This document shows positions 41,019 to 49,577 of a stretch of 64,000 nucleotides of DNA, piece after piece; the first letter of the stretch is position 1; each line of letters starts with the position of its first letter. The position numbers and the translations under genes were made by a program. Origin of the DNA: Candidatus Caenarcanales bacterium (GTDB lineage Bacteria; Cyanobacteriota; Vampirovibrionia; LMEP-6097); contig JAKVAO010000001.1 in NCBI GenBank assembly GCA_022447685.1, forward strand, positions 22,939 to 86,938. The letters are read 5' to 3'. The notes under the pieces were generated by a model, which saw only the letters and a program-made list of their open reading frames with translations, had not been told where the DNA came from and searched no databases.

Positions 41019-42386
41019 TCAAGACTTCTTATGATTAAGAGTGCTGAGATAGTCTGCAAGCATATCAATTTCAGCTTCTGTTCCTACAAATGGTGGCATG
41101 ATTTTAAGATATGAGTTCTTCTCGACATCTGTTTCGTGCATTAAAGTAAGAAATCCCTTAATCGTATCTTTGTCTCTTTCACCTAGAAGCCTAGTCATAC
41201 TTCTATAACCATTTTCAGTATGGCATTTCATGCATTGCTGTTTGAAAATAAACTCACCTGAGCTTTCATCTTCAGCGGGCTGCCATTTGGAATGTGCAAG
41301 GAAACCATCTTGGTTGATCTTATCAACTTCAGAAACTTTAATCCCGTTCGAGTACATATAACCATAGATTACATATGGTTTTCTGAGCATTTCTCTAGAC
41401 CACTCTGAGATTGCTGTTACTCCAAGTCCACAGACCATAAATGCTAAGGCTGCAATGAAAGAAAAGCCTTTAGGGTTTAGGTAAGGTCCTATATAAGCGA
41501 AAATCAAAATAGTTCCAGAGAGTATCAAGCTCAAATAAATTGCTCTTGCAAGTATAGAGAAATTACCTACTCCTGAGGCTTGTATACCGTTGAATATATT
41601 GTCGAGTACATTTCCGGGAACTTGAGAGAAGAACCAGAAACCAAATATTGGACCTAAAATGAATACAGGGAAAAACCATTTAGAAGAATACTTAAGCATA
41701 TAGGCTCTGAAATCACCTTGGTTTTTATCTTCTGGATCTTTCTCTTTAACTTTAAGATCTTGATAGTCTTTATTTTTGATTCTTGCAGAAGTTACTAGAG
41801 AATACATTCCAGCTATAGCCATCATGACAAAAAGTCTGATGAACAGTGAAGGCCAGTATGTTGGATTGAAGAAACCTTCATACCATAATTTGGATTCGAC
41901 CCAGTTTCCTGGAGTTAGCATGAATGAAAGTATTCCGTTGATGATAACTAGTGTAAATACTGATAAAACTGCGTACCATCTAGCAAGGCTGAGATGAAGT
42001 TCTTTGGAGATTTTATCCCATGTATAGTAGTAAACAAATATAGTTGCAATTTCAGTTAGGAAAAATAAATACTCTGTCGCCCAGCCAAGTGTGTAATTCT
42101 GAATCAGAGTTCCAGTTCCATCTGGACTTACAAGACTGATAGAAAACCATATCCCAACACCAGTTACAGCTCCAGCAACTGTAGTTGCCAGTAAGAAAAA
42201 TTTGGAGTGTTTCTTAAGATAGTGGTATATTCTCTCATCACCACGCTTATAAGCAAGCCACTCTGTGACTGCAAAAAAGATTCCACCACCTACAGCGAAG
42301 TGGGATAAAAAGACGTGGATTACTGAGATTAGCCCTACTAACCATGATCCACCTATTCCTGGTATGCTCCATACTGGGTAATTCAT
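41019..42386 (-). CDS. cytochrome bd subunit I-like protein fused to C-terminal cytochrome c
   Basis: HVFLSHFAVGGG, GAVTGVGIW, WATEYLFFLTE, SFMLTPG, FFNP, REMLRKPY (CydA-like); C-terminal CMKCH with distal Met in KIMPPF. Confidence 0.85.
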   Translation of the reverse strand: MNYPVWSIPGIGGSWLVGLISVIHVFLSHFAVGGGIFFAVTEWLAYKRGDERIYHYLKKHSKFFLLATTVAGAVTGVGIWFSISLVSPDGTGTLIQNYTLGWATEYLFFLTEIATIFVYYYTWDKISKELHLSLARWYAVLSVFTLVIINGILSFMLTPGNWVESKLWYEGFFNPTYWPSLFIRLFVMMAIAGMYSLVTSARIKNKDYQDLKVKEKDPEDKNQGDFRAYMLKYSSKWFFPVFILGPIFGFWFFSQVPGNVLDNIFNGIQASGVGNFSILARAIYLSLILSGTILIFAYIGPYLNPKGFSFIAALAFMVCGLGVTAISEWSREMLRKPYVIYGYMYSNGIKVSEVDKINQDGFLAHSKWQPAEDESSGEFIFKQQCMKCHTENGYRSMTRLLGERDKDTIKGFLTLMHETDVEKNSYLKIMPPFVGTEAEIDMLADYLSTLNHKKS

Positions 42387-42423
42387 AACAAACCTCTAGA
42401 GAAAGTTCTCTTCTTATAAATCA

Positions 42424-43500
42424 TCAATCTAAAATCCCCCAAACAGTAAAACCAAGAAAACCTATAGTAAAAAGGATTCCATAGATATCAAAGCATTTAC
42501 TAATAAACTTATTTTTGCCGGTGTCGACAATTGGAGCTACTAAAAGAATTAAAGCTAAAACTCCAAAAAACATTAAGCCAAGAATTTCACCCTCAAAAGG
42601 ACCTATATGAGGAGGTAATAATTTGAGAAACTGGAACATTGCAAGGAAGTACCATTCTGGTTTAATACCAGCTGGAGCTGGCGCGAAAGGATCAGCCTCT
42701 GGTCCTAAGCCCCATGGGAAAAGTGCTACAACAGCGGCTACTATATTGAAGAAAAATAACCAGACCATGAAGTCTTTAACTAAGAAATCTGGCACGAACT
42801 TTTCGTATTTCTTCTTCTTAGCTTTTTTGAAGCTTTCAGGCTCAGACATACCGTGTAACTGAACTAAGAGTAAGTGAATACCTGCTACAGCAACTAAAGC
42901 TATTGGTAATAAAATTACATGAATTAAGAAAAATCTAGAAATAGTACCTTGTCCAATCTCACTACCACCTCTAAGCATGTCTGCAAGAGTAGCTCCAATG
43001 AATGGGGTCTTAGCAGCAATATCTAAACCTATCTTCGTTGCGAAGAATGCAATTTCATCCCAAGGTAATAAATAACCAGTAAAACCAAATGCAAAGCAAA
43101 TCACTAAAAGTGCCATGCCGCTGAACCAAGTAATTTCACGAGGTTTTCTGTAGGCTTTCATAAAGTAAGCACTAAACATATGAACAAACAAAATGAATAT
43201 TAAAATATTTGCAGCCCAACTATGAAGAGATCTGACGAACCAACCAAAATCAATCTGAGTATTAATAAATAACACAGAAGAGTGTGCAGAGCTTATTTCT
43301 GGCACATAGTAAACCATTAAAAGTATTCCGGTTAAACCCTGGATCGCAAGTAAAACCATGGCGATACCACCCATGTAGTACCACATGCTTTGCTTGTGAA
43401 CTGGAACTTCTTTCTTCTCTGCGACTTTGATTAGACCTGAGATTCCAACTCTCTCATCAAGCCAACTATAAAATTTCTCTCCGTAATCTACTGAACTCAT
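42424..43500 (-). CDS. cytochrome b (b6 + subunit IV fused) of a Rieske/cytb complex
   Basis: Four heme His (RSLHSW, FVHMF, LIHV, GIHL), FTGYLLPWD, KPEWY. Confidence 0.93.
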   Translation of the reverse strand: MSSVDYGEKFYSWLDERVGISGLIKVAEKKEVPVHKQSMWYYMGGIAMVLLAIQGLTGILLMVYYVPEISSAHSSVLFINTQIDFGWFVRSLHSWAANILIFILFVHMFSAYFMKAYRKPREITWFSGMALLVICFAFGFTGYLLPWDEIAFFATKIGLDIAAKTPFIGATLADMLRGGSEIGQGTISRFFLIHVILLPIALVAVAGIHLLLVQLHGMSEPESFKKAKKKKYEKFVPDFLVKDFMVWLFFFNIVAAVVALFPWGLGPEADPFAPAPAGIKPEWYFLAMFQFLKLLPPHIGPFEGEILGLMFFGVLALILLVAPIVDTGKNKFISKCFDIYGILFTIGFLGFTVWGILD

Positions 43501-43515
43501 ATTTTACAACCTTGC

Positions 43516-43639
43516 TTAGGACTCACTCACTTGTCCACTTTCTTCGTTATTCTCGTCTTCAAAATGCTCATGTAATTCCATTACACTGCGCTTTTTCATC
43601 CTCGAAAGCCTTGAAATTGAACAAGTGCCTGAGTCCTAA
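43516..43639. repeat. palindromic intergenic element, copy 2 (124 bp)
   Basis: 27-bp terminal inverted repeats (23/27), central TGTAAT-TCC-ATTACA hairpin flanked by GCTCA/CTGCG; CTTCGTT and GCCTTG motifs. Confidence 0.8.
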
Positions 43640-43646
43640 TTTCTTT

Positions 43647-44093
43647 TTATGCCCTCGAAACTATAATTTCTCCTTCATTCACTTCCACACTTAAAGCTTT
43701 TAAAGGTTTCGGGGGAGGACCAGCTAAGTTCTTCCCCGAAACGGTGTCATAGACTCCGCCATGACATGCACACCATATCTTTTTCTTCTCATCGCTGTAC
43801 TGAACTGTACATCCTAGATGAGTACATATCGCATTATATGCGTAAAATTCACCTTCTTCAGATCTCACTAATAGAGCTGGAGCTGAACCAAACTTGAAGT
43901 TCTTGGCGCTACCTGGAATAAAATCATCAACTTTTCCCATGGAAATAGAGGTTACTAATTCTGCTCCGGCTTGCTTTTTCTGAGTACCTGAAATTAGATA
44001 TCTGAAGAATGGATAACTCGCCATTCCAGTCCAGAGAGCTGCAAAAACTCCTGTGATCCACCTGGTAAATACTCTTCTTGAACTTTTGATCAT
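43647..44093 (-). CDS. Rieske 2Fe-2S subunit
   Basis: CTHLGC and CACHGG boxes, GPPP, N-terminal SRR + TM (Tat-like). Confidence 0.95.
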   Translation of the reverse strand: MIKSSRRVFTRWITGVFAALWTGMASYPFFRYLISGTQKKQAGAELVTSISMGKVDDFIPGSAKNFKFGSAPALLVRSEEGEFYAYNAICTHLGCTVQYSDEKKKIWCACHGGVYDTVSGKNLAGPPPKPLKALSVEVNEGEIIVSRA

Positions 44094-44105
44094 TCTTAAA
44101 ACCTC

Positions 44106-45203
44106 TTACTTATTTGCTTTCAAGCAAATTTTAATTAACCAACCTATATAGAAAATAACTCCGACTGTAAGCGTGCCGAATATAACTAGCCAATCCCACT
44201 GTATCTGAACTGGTACAATTCCTGGATCTAAAGCCCCTTCTAAACTCCAGACTCTAAGGAAATGTCTCATCACTATCATTAATAAAACCGTTACTAGTGA
44301 GCTGATCATTGCTCCCATGAATTTGAGTTTGCTTGGTTTAATCAAGACTAGAACTGAGAAAACTAGTGAAATAATCATGAATAACATTGAGCTATGGAAG
44401 GAAGCAGTAGCAAGTCCGCCACCTTTTATGAAAAATAAAGCTCTATCAGTAGGTAATGAGAGCATGAACCAAGTTCCAAAGCCAAGCTGTAAAATAGTTA
44501 CAGAAGCGTATATGCCAGAGCCTACTTTGTATAGCCAGTGTGCGTAGTTTTTATCCTTCTTCTGATAGTAGAGACCGAAGCCACCTAGAGCGATACCAGT
44601 GATTGCAATAGAAGAAATAGCGAAGTGTAAAAATCTAGGAATTAACTGTGGTTCATTTAAGTTTAGGTTGATACCACTTGTTCCTTTCTTCGCTAGTTCA
44701 AGCCACTCGCTTGGGTTGAGCATCAGTGTCATATTGTTTACGAAGATAAAAGCTATGCAAAGAAATAAAAAGCTAGAAAGTATTAGAAAGATTGGGGCGA
44801 ATTTACCAAATTTTTCGCCTTTGAATTTGTAGACATACTGAGCATAGTAGCCGATAAGTAAGAAAACCAAAATCAAGATCCAAGGCACAGCCATTAATAT
44901 AGAAGAGCTGTAGAATGCTGGTCCATATATTAACTGAAGGAATAAAAGTGGAACTATTCCCTGTGTAATAGCTAAGGAAGTGAAAAATGGTAATGAAAAT
45001 GCTAATTGGCGGCCAGCTTTGTGAGCATAGCTATCTTTCTTAGAGCCCAATAGAACGCTTTATACAGCTCCACCAGCTAAAGCTACATTCATTGGAACTA
45101 CATGAGTGAAGAAACCAACTATTAAAAGTACTTGAAGTAGCCATAATGGCGCTGGAAATGGTAAATCTTGGTAGTTTGGGACTATATTTGCTATTGGATC
45201 CAT
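44106..45203 (-). pseudogene. multi-TM His-containing subunit of the bd-like/bc operon, interrupted by an in-frame TAA
   Basis: ATG 45203 (AAGGG upstream) reads MDPIANIVPNYQDLPFPAPLWLLQVLLIVGFFTHVVPMNVALAGGAV-stop(45062-45060)-SVLLGSKK..., in frame with ORF-track 44106..45050 containing PRFLHF. Confidence 0.7.
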
Positions 45204-45257
45204 AAGGAATTGCCCTTAAGGATGATTTTAACTCTAGTTTTTGATCTTTACTTCAGG

Positions 45258-45556
45258 GAAAACTAAGGATTAACTGTGTAAATGCTTGTGTCTTGTGAGT
45301 AAATTGGTGCTTTTGTTTGTGGAATTTTATTGTTCTCTTGCGAAATCTTTTAGAAAGGCTTGGTTTTTGTGTTATGCCTTGAGTCAATGATGTTGGTATT
45401 TGGTGAACTTGCGTGTTTTGTCGAGAAATTGCTGCCTAAGGTCTAGAAATCATCATCCTTTGTGACGAAATTTGTTTTGTAACTCAAGAAATTAAGATCT
45501 TTTGTGAAGAAAAGCATAGAATATTAAAAGAAATTAAAATCTAAAGTTCAGAAAAG
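45258..45556 (+). repeat. non-coding array of ~15 degenerate 21-nt units with GAAAT core
   Basis: GAAAW at 45425, 45446, 45467, 45488, 45509, 45530, 45551 (exact 21-nt spacing); in-phase variants at 45258, 45279, 45300, 45321, 45342, 45384, 45405. Confidence 0.75.
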
Positions 45557-45564
45557 GAGTTTGT

Positions 45565-46209
45565 GTGGATAAGAAAGAGAAAAATAGATACGTAATGTTT
45601 AAGGCAGTTGAAGAAGTGCTTCTCAGCAGTGAGGAAACTTTGAGTTCAACTCCAGCATTATCCTTAGTATTCAAGGATTTTCAAAAATTACTTGGAGAAA
45701 TTAATGAGGTCGATAATAAATATAAATTAGTTTCAGAAGGAGCTGCTGCAAAGAAAGATAAGTCTGAGGATGATTTGATTGATGCTTTGCTCGCTGTTGC
45801 TGGAGTGGTTTATATCTATGCTCGAAGAAATGATGATGAGCAATTGAAGGCTATGACTAGGCTTACTAGTAGCAGCCTGAAGAAAATGCGCGATGCTGAT
45901 TTGTTGCAGAAAGCTAAAGGAATAACTCAGATGATCGAAGATAAATTTCAGGAACTTAAGAAATTTGGTTTGGAGAGAGACATTCTAAAAGACCTTCAAC
46001 AGAAAGTATCTAATTATGAAAATGCTTCAGATTCTAAAGACGCTAAGTTTGGGCAGAGTAAAGCTGCTAGACAAGAGCTAACTGAGATTTTTGAGCAGGC
46101 AAATGAGATCTTGAATGAAGAGCTAGACACAGTTATGGATTTTGTGAAAACCAAAGATTCCTCTCTCTATAAGGATTATCATGCTACTCGTTCGATTAAA
46201 GATGTTTAG
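45565..46209 (+). CDS. uncharacterised all-alpha-helical protein
   Basis: GTG start after AGGAG; 214 aa; YIYA, MRD..L, FG, LD..M..., Y.DY..TRSI.D pattern resembles a hypothetical family I recall from Bacteroidota (unverified). Confidence 0.8.
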   Translation: MDKKEKNRYVMFKAVEEVLLSSEETLSSTPALSLVFKDFQKLLGEINEVDNKYKLVSEGAAAKKDKSEDDLIDALLAVAGVVYIYARRNDDEQLKAMTRLTSSSLKKMRDADLLQKAKGITQMIEDKFQELKKFGLERDILKDLQQKVSNYENASDSKDAKFGQSKAARQELTEIFEQANEILNEELDTVMDFVKTKDSSLYKDYHATRSIKDV

Positions 46210-46243
46210 TTTCTATTTCTCACTGGCATGAGATTTTGTGTGT

Positions 46244-46269
46244 AAAGCACCCCTTTGGGGTGCTTTTTT
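46244..46269 (+). terminator. Rho-independent terminator
   Basis: AAAGCACCCC-TTT-GGGGTGCTTT followed by T run. Confidence 0.9.
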
Positions 46270-46291
46270 ATTCTTGAACATTGAAATATTA

Positions 46292-46325
46292 ATGAAATAA
46301 TAACGTTATAAGTATATAATTATAT
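46292..46325 (+). promoter_or_regulatory. TA operon promoter with palindromic operators
   Basis: ATGAAA-N17-TATAAT; palindromes ATAACGTTAT (46300-46309) and ATATAATTATAT (46314-46325). Confidence 0.55.
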
Positions 46326-46326
46326 T

Positions 46327-46542
46327 ATGGCAAAAATTAAACAACTACAAAAAGTAGGGACAAGTAAAGGAATCGTAATTGATAAGCCAATTTTAGAGAT
46401 GCTTGATCTTGACCATGATGAGGCTGCTGTAGAGTTTGAAATTACTCCTGAGGGATTATTATTAAAACCTGCAAAGATTGAATCTATTTATAAAAAAGTT
46501 GCTAAAAAACATCGTAAGTCACTTGATAAGTTAGGTAAGTAA
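46327..46542 (+). CDS. AbrB/MazE-family antitoxin
   Basis: LQKVGTSKGIVIDKPILEMLDL...GLLLKP; C-terminal KHRKSLDKLGK; upstream of doc. Confidence 0.88.
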   Translation: MAKIKQLQKVGTSKGIVIDKPILEMLDLDHDEAAVEFEITPEGLLLKPAKIESIYKKVAKKHRKSLDKLGK

Positions 46543-46928
46543 TTCTGTATTTTCTAAATTTAGAAGAAGTTCTTTTTATACATCAAGCTGAGACTTCTTA
46601 TGCTAAGCATGATTCAAATGTTCGAGATTTGAACTTACTCAAATCCTCAATTGAAAATATTGAGATGATTTATATCAATGCTTACGATACCAATATATTT
46701 TCTCTTGCGAGTTACTATATAAAGTATATAAGCTTAAATCACCCTTTTGTCGATGGGAATAAGCGTACAGCATTAGCTTCAGCTGTTGTATTCTTAGAAT
46801 TTAATGGGTACTCTATTGATGAAACATATGAAGAAGAATTAGCAGACTTAGTTTTAAATTTCATTAATAAAAAGATTCAACAAAAGGATTTAGTTCAGTT
46901 TCTAAGAGGTAACTCTAGAAAGAATTAA
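46542..46928 (+). CDS. Doc (death-on-curing, Fic family) toxin
   Basis: HPFVDGNKRTA motif; Doc-like N-terminus YFLNLEEVLFIH...VRDLNLL extends in frame upstream of the TTG at 46629 to ATT 46542/CTG 46545. Confidence 0.88.
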   Translation: MLYFLNLEEVLFIHQAETSYAKHDSNVRDLNLLKSSIENIEMIYINAYDTNIFSLASYYIKYISLNHPFVDGNKRTALASAVVFLEFNGYSIDETYEEELADLVLNFINKKIQQKDLVQFLRGNSRKN

Positions 46929-46955
46929 TTTATGGATAAAGAGCCTATAGATTAA

Positions 46956-49193
46956 ATGATGAGTAAACTGTGTGTAAATTTAGAATATTGTTATGGCATA
47001 AAAAAACTTTGTCATGAATTTGATTTTGAAGGAGGGGAGACAAGTATTATATATGCACCTAATGGTTCAATGAAAAGCTCTTTTGCTAGAGTATTTAAGG
47101 ACTTGAGTAAAAGTGAATTGTCTAAGGACTTGATGTTCCCTGAAAGAAACTCTAAGCGTGAGGTTTTAGTTTGTGACAGTGATAGAGAGAGCGGTAGAAA
47201 GATTGAAGCTGAAGAAGTTTTAGTTATAGAACCTTATGTAGAAAACTATGAATTAGATGAAATGTCTACTCTCCTAGCAAAACCTGATCTGAGACAAAAA
47301 TACGCTGAGATTCATAAAGAAATTGCAACTAAACAAGATATTGCCTTAAAAGCCTTAATCAAAAATACTGGTTATTCTAAAGCTAAAAATGATCAAAAAG
47401 AAAAAATTTATAACAAGCTACTTAAATCTTTCGGTGAAAAGGATTTGAAAGAGTTATTTGAGAAAATTTTAGAATCTATCGATAAATATAATGAACATGA
47501 ACTCCGTGATATTGAATATAAGCAAATTTTCAATTCAGAATCAGAGACTTTACTTAAAAATGAAAAATTCAGATCACATATTAGCGATTATGTAACTCTC
47601 TATGAGAAATTAATAGATCAATCACAATATTTGAGTAAAGATTTCAATGATTACAACGCTAATCAAATTCAAAAGCAATTAGATAATAATGGTTTCTTTA
47701 AATCTGGTCATAAGCTTAAAATGAAAAATAAAGAAGAATTGATTGATAATCAAGAGCAGTTGAAATCTCTGATTGAAGAGGAAAAAGAGAAAATCTTTAA
47801 TGACGATGAATTGAAAAATAAGTTTATAGAATTTGAAAATTTATTAAATAAGAAAGAAGATAGGCGGTTTAGAGATTATTTACAAAATAATCAGAAACTA
47901 ATTCCATACTTAGAAAATCTTGATAGTTTAGAAAAAACTCTTTGGATGATATATGCTTCAGAGGCCAAGTCTGAACTTGAAGATTTTTCTAAATCTTACA
48001 GCAAAGGGAAAGATGAGTTGTTAAAGATTGTTCGGGAAGCTAAAGAAAGTAAAACAACTTGGATGGAAGCTATGAAAACTTTTAATGAGAGATTTACTCA
48101 CTTACCTTTTTCGCTTAGCCCTATAAACAAGGAAGATTGTATCCTACATGAAGAAGAGCCTAATATTCAATTTGTTTTTAAAGAAAATGATGAACTGCAA
48201 AGGAATGTTGAGAAAGAAGATCTATTAAAAGTATTGAGTCAGGGAGAAAAGCGAGCTCTCTATTTGCTCCATATTATTTTTGAAATTGAAATTAGAAAGT
48301 GTAAAAAACAGAATACTTTTATTATCATTGATGACATCGCTGATTCATTTGATTATAAAAATAAGTATGCAATCATTGAATATTTGCAAGATATTTCTAA
48401 AGATCAGAACTTTAAGCAAATTATACTCACGCATAATTATGATTTTTATAGAACTACCAAGAGTAGATTAGCTATTCCTAAAAAGCTTTGTTTTCAGGTT
48501 TATAAAGGAAACAAAGAAATAAAACTTTTGGGGGATATAATTGGGCAGAATCCTATTGTAGAAATTATAAATGATATTTACTCAGCAGAGGACGGTGAAT
48601 TTAATGATATTAATTTAATTGCTTCGATCCCTATTCTTAGAAATATTTCAGAATACTTGGGCTTGCAAGAGTTTAAAAATCAATTAACCTATATGCTTCA
48701 TATTAAAGCTGGAAAAGATTCTATTATTGGAACCTACGATATTACAGTTGGAGATTTAACCAAGATCTATAATGTAGTCAATAGGGGCAGTATTGAATAC
48801 CCTATGGATAGAGAAGAGAAAATTCTTGATTTGATTTATAAAGTAGCTGATGATTTCCTGTCTGATAAAAAAGAAACTTTAAGTTTAGAAAATAAAATAG
48901 TGTTAGCTATGGCTATTAGACTTAAGGCTGAAGAAAAAATGATAAGTGATTTAAAGGAATTTGACTCATCCTTTAACATACCAAGTAGTCCAAAGCAGAC
49001 ACGCGATCTATCTAAAAAATATCAAAAGCTCCTAGAGAAAGAGCGTGAAAAATCTATATTAGAAAGAGTTCGTGTCATGACCCCTGAAAATATCCACATA
49101 AATTCTTTTATGTATGAACCCATACTTGACATGGCAGATGTTGAACTTAAACATTTATATACTCAAGTGAATGATATTTTGGGCGAAAATTAA
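46956..49193 (+). CDS. large ABC-type (RloC/AAA_13-like) ATPase, possible anti-phage protein
   Basis: Variant Walker A YAPNGSMKSS, long helical insert, LSQGE signature, IIIDDIADSFD Walker B, LTHN switch, C-terminal MTPENIHINSFMYEPILDM. Confidence 0.75.
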   Translation: MMSKLCVNLEYCYGIKKLCHEFDFEGGETSIIYAPNGSMKSSFARVFKDLSKSELSKDLMFPERNSKREVLVCDSDRESGRKIEAEEVLVIEPYVENYELDEMSTLLAKPDLRQKYAEIHKEIATKQDIALKALIKNTGYSKAKNDQKEKIYNKLLKSFGEKDLKELFEKILESIDKYNEHELRDIEYKQIFNSESETLLKNEKFRSHISDYVTLYEKLIDQSQYLSKDFNDYNANQIQKQLDNNGFFKSGHKLKMKNKEELIDNQEQLKSLIEEEKEKIFNDDELKNKFIEFENLLNKKEDRRFRDYLQNNQKLIPYLENLDSLEKTLWMIYASEAKSELEDFSKSYSKGKDELLKIVREAKESKTTWMEAMKTFNERFTHLPFSLSPINKEDCILHEEEPNIQFVFKENDELQRNVEKEDLLKVLSQGEKRALYLLHIIFEIEIRKCKKQNTFIIIDDIADSFDYKNKYAIIEYLQDISKDQNFKQIILTHNYDFYRTTKSRLAIPKKLCFQVYKGNKEIKLLGDIIGQNPIVEIINDIYSAEDGEFNDINLIASIPILRNISEYLGLQEFKNQLTYMLHIKAGKDSIIGTYDITVGDLTKIYNVVNRGSIEYPMDREEKILDLIYKVADDFLSDKKETLSLENKIVLAMAIRLKAEEKMISDLKEFDSSFNIPSSPKQTRDLSKKYQKLLEKEREKSILERVRVMTPENIHINSFMYEPILDMADVELKHLYTQVNDILGEN

Positions 49194-49203
49194 CTTCAGG
49201 ATT

Positions 49204-49566
49204 CTAAGATCCACTACCAGAAAAATAAGTAATTCTAGCCACAGAAACTTCAGAAACAAACATAACTCCAGATTGCCCTTCTAGTAGTGTTCTCAAGCCT
49301 CTTGCGATATTACTGATTACATCTTCAGGTGCTACAGCCATGACCATGACTTGGCTAGACTTATCATTGAACAGTAATCTACCTTCGTGTGAACCGCTGT
49401 GACCATAACCAGAGACATTCGGAATTATCGTATAGCCAGTAACTCCTGAGTCCTGCATCATATTCGTCACCTTCTCTTGATTCTCACCAGAAATGACTAC
49501 TTCGATTTTAAGCATTTTGCTTAATTTTAGCCCAGTGTTTTCTTCATCAAAAAATACGTTGTCCAT
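49204..49566 (-). CDS. PII-like (SbtB-type) protein
   Basis: KIEVVI...GVTGYTIIPNVSGYG, GVMFVSEV..R; last gene of DAB operon. Confidence 0.85.
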   Translation of the reverse strand: MDNVFFDEENTGLKLSKMLKIEVVISGENQEKVTNMMQDSGVTGYTIIPNVSGYGHSGSHEGRLLFNDKSSQVMVMAVAPEDVISNIARGLRTLLEGQSGVMFVSEVSVARITYFSGSGS

Positions 49567-49577
49567 ATAACTTATCC

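Noticed and set aside
43512..43694. 60-aa ORF between Rieske and cytochrome b
   Set aside because: Antisense to the operon and coincides with the palindromic element
45258..45556. CRISPR or TIGR interpretation of the periodic array
   Set aside because: Conserved part is only 5-6 nt with a 21-nt period; no cas or Nop-domain gene recognised nearby; kept as an unclassified array
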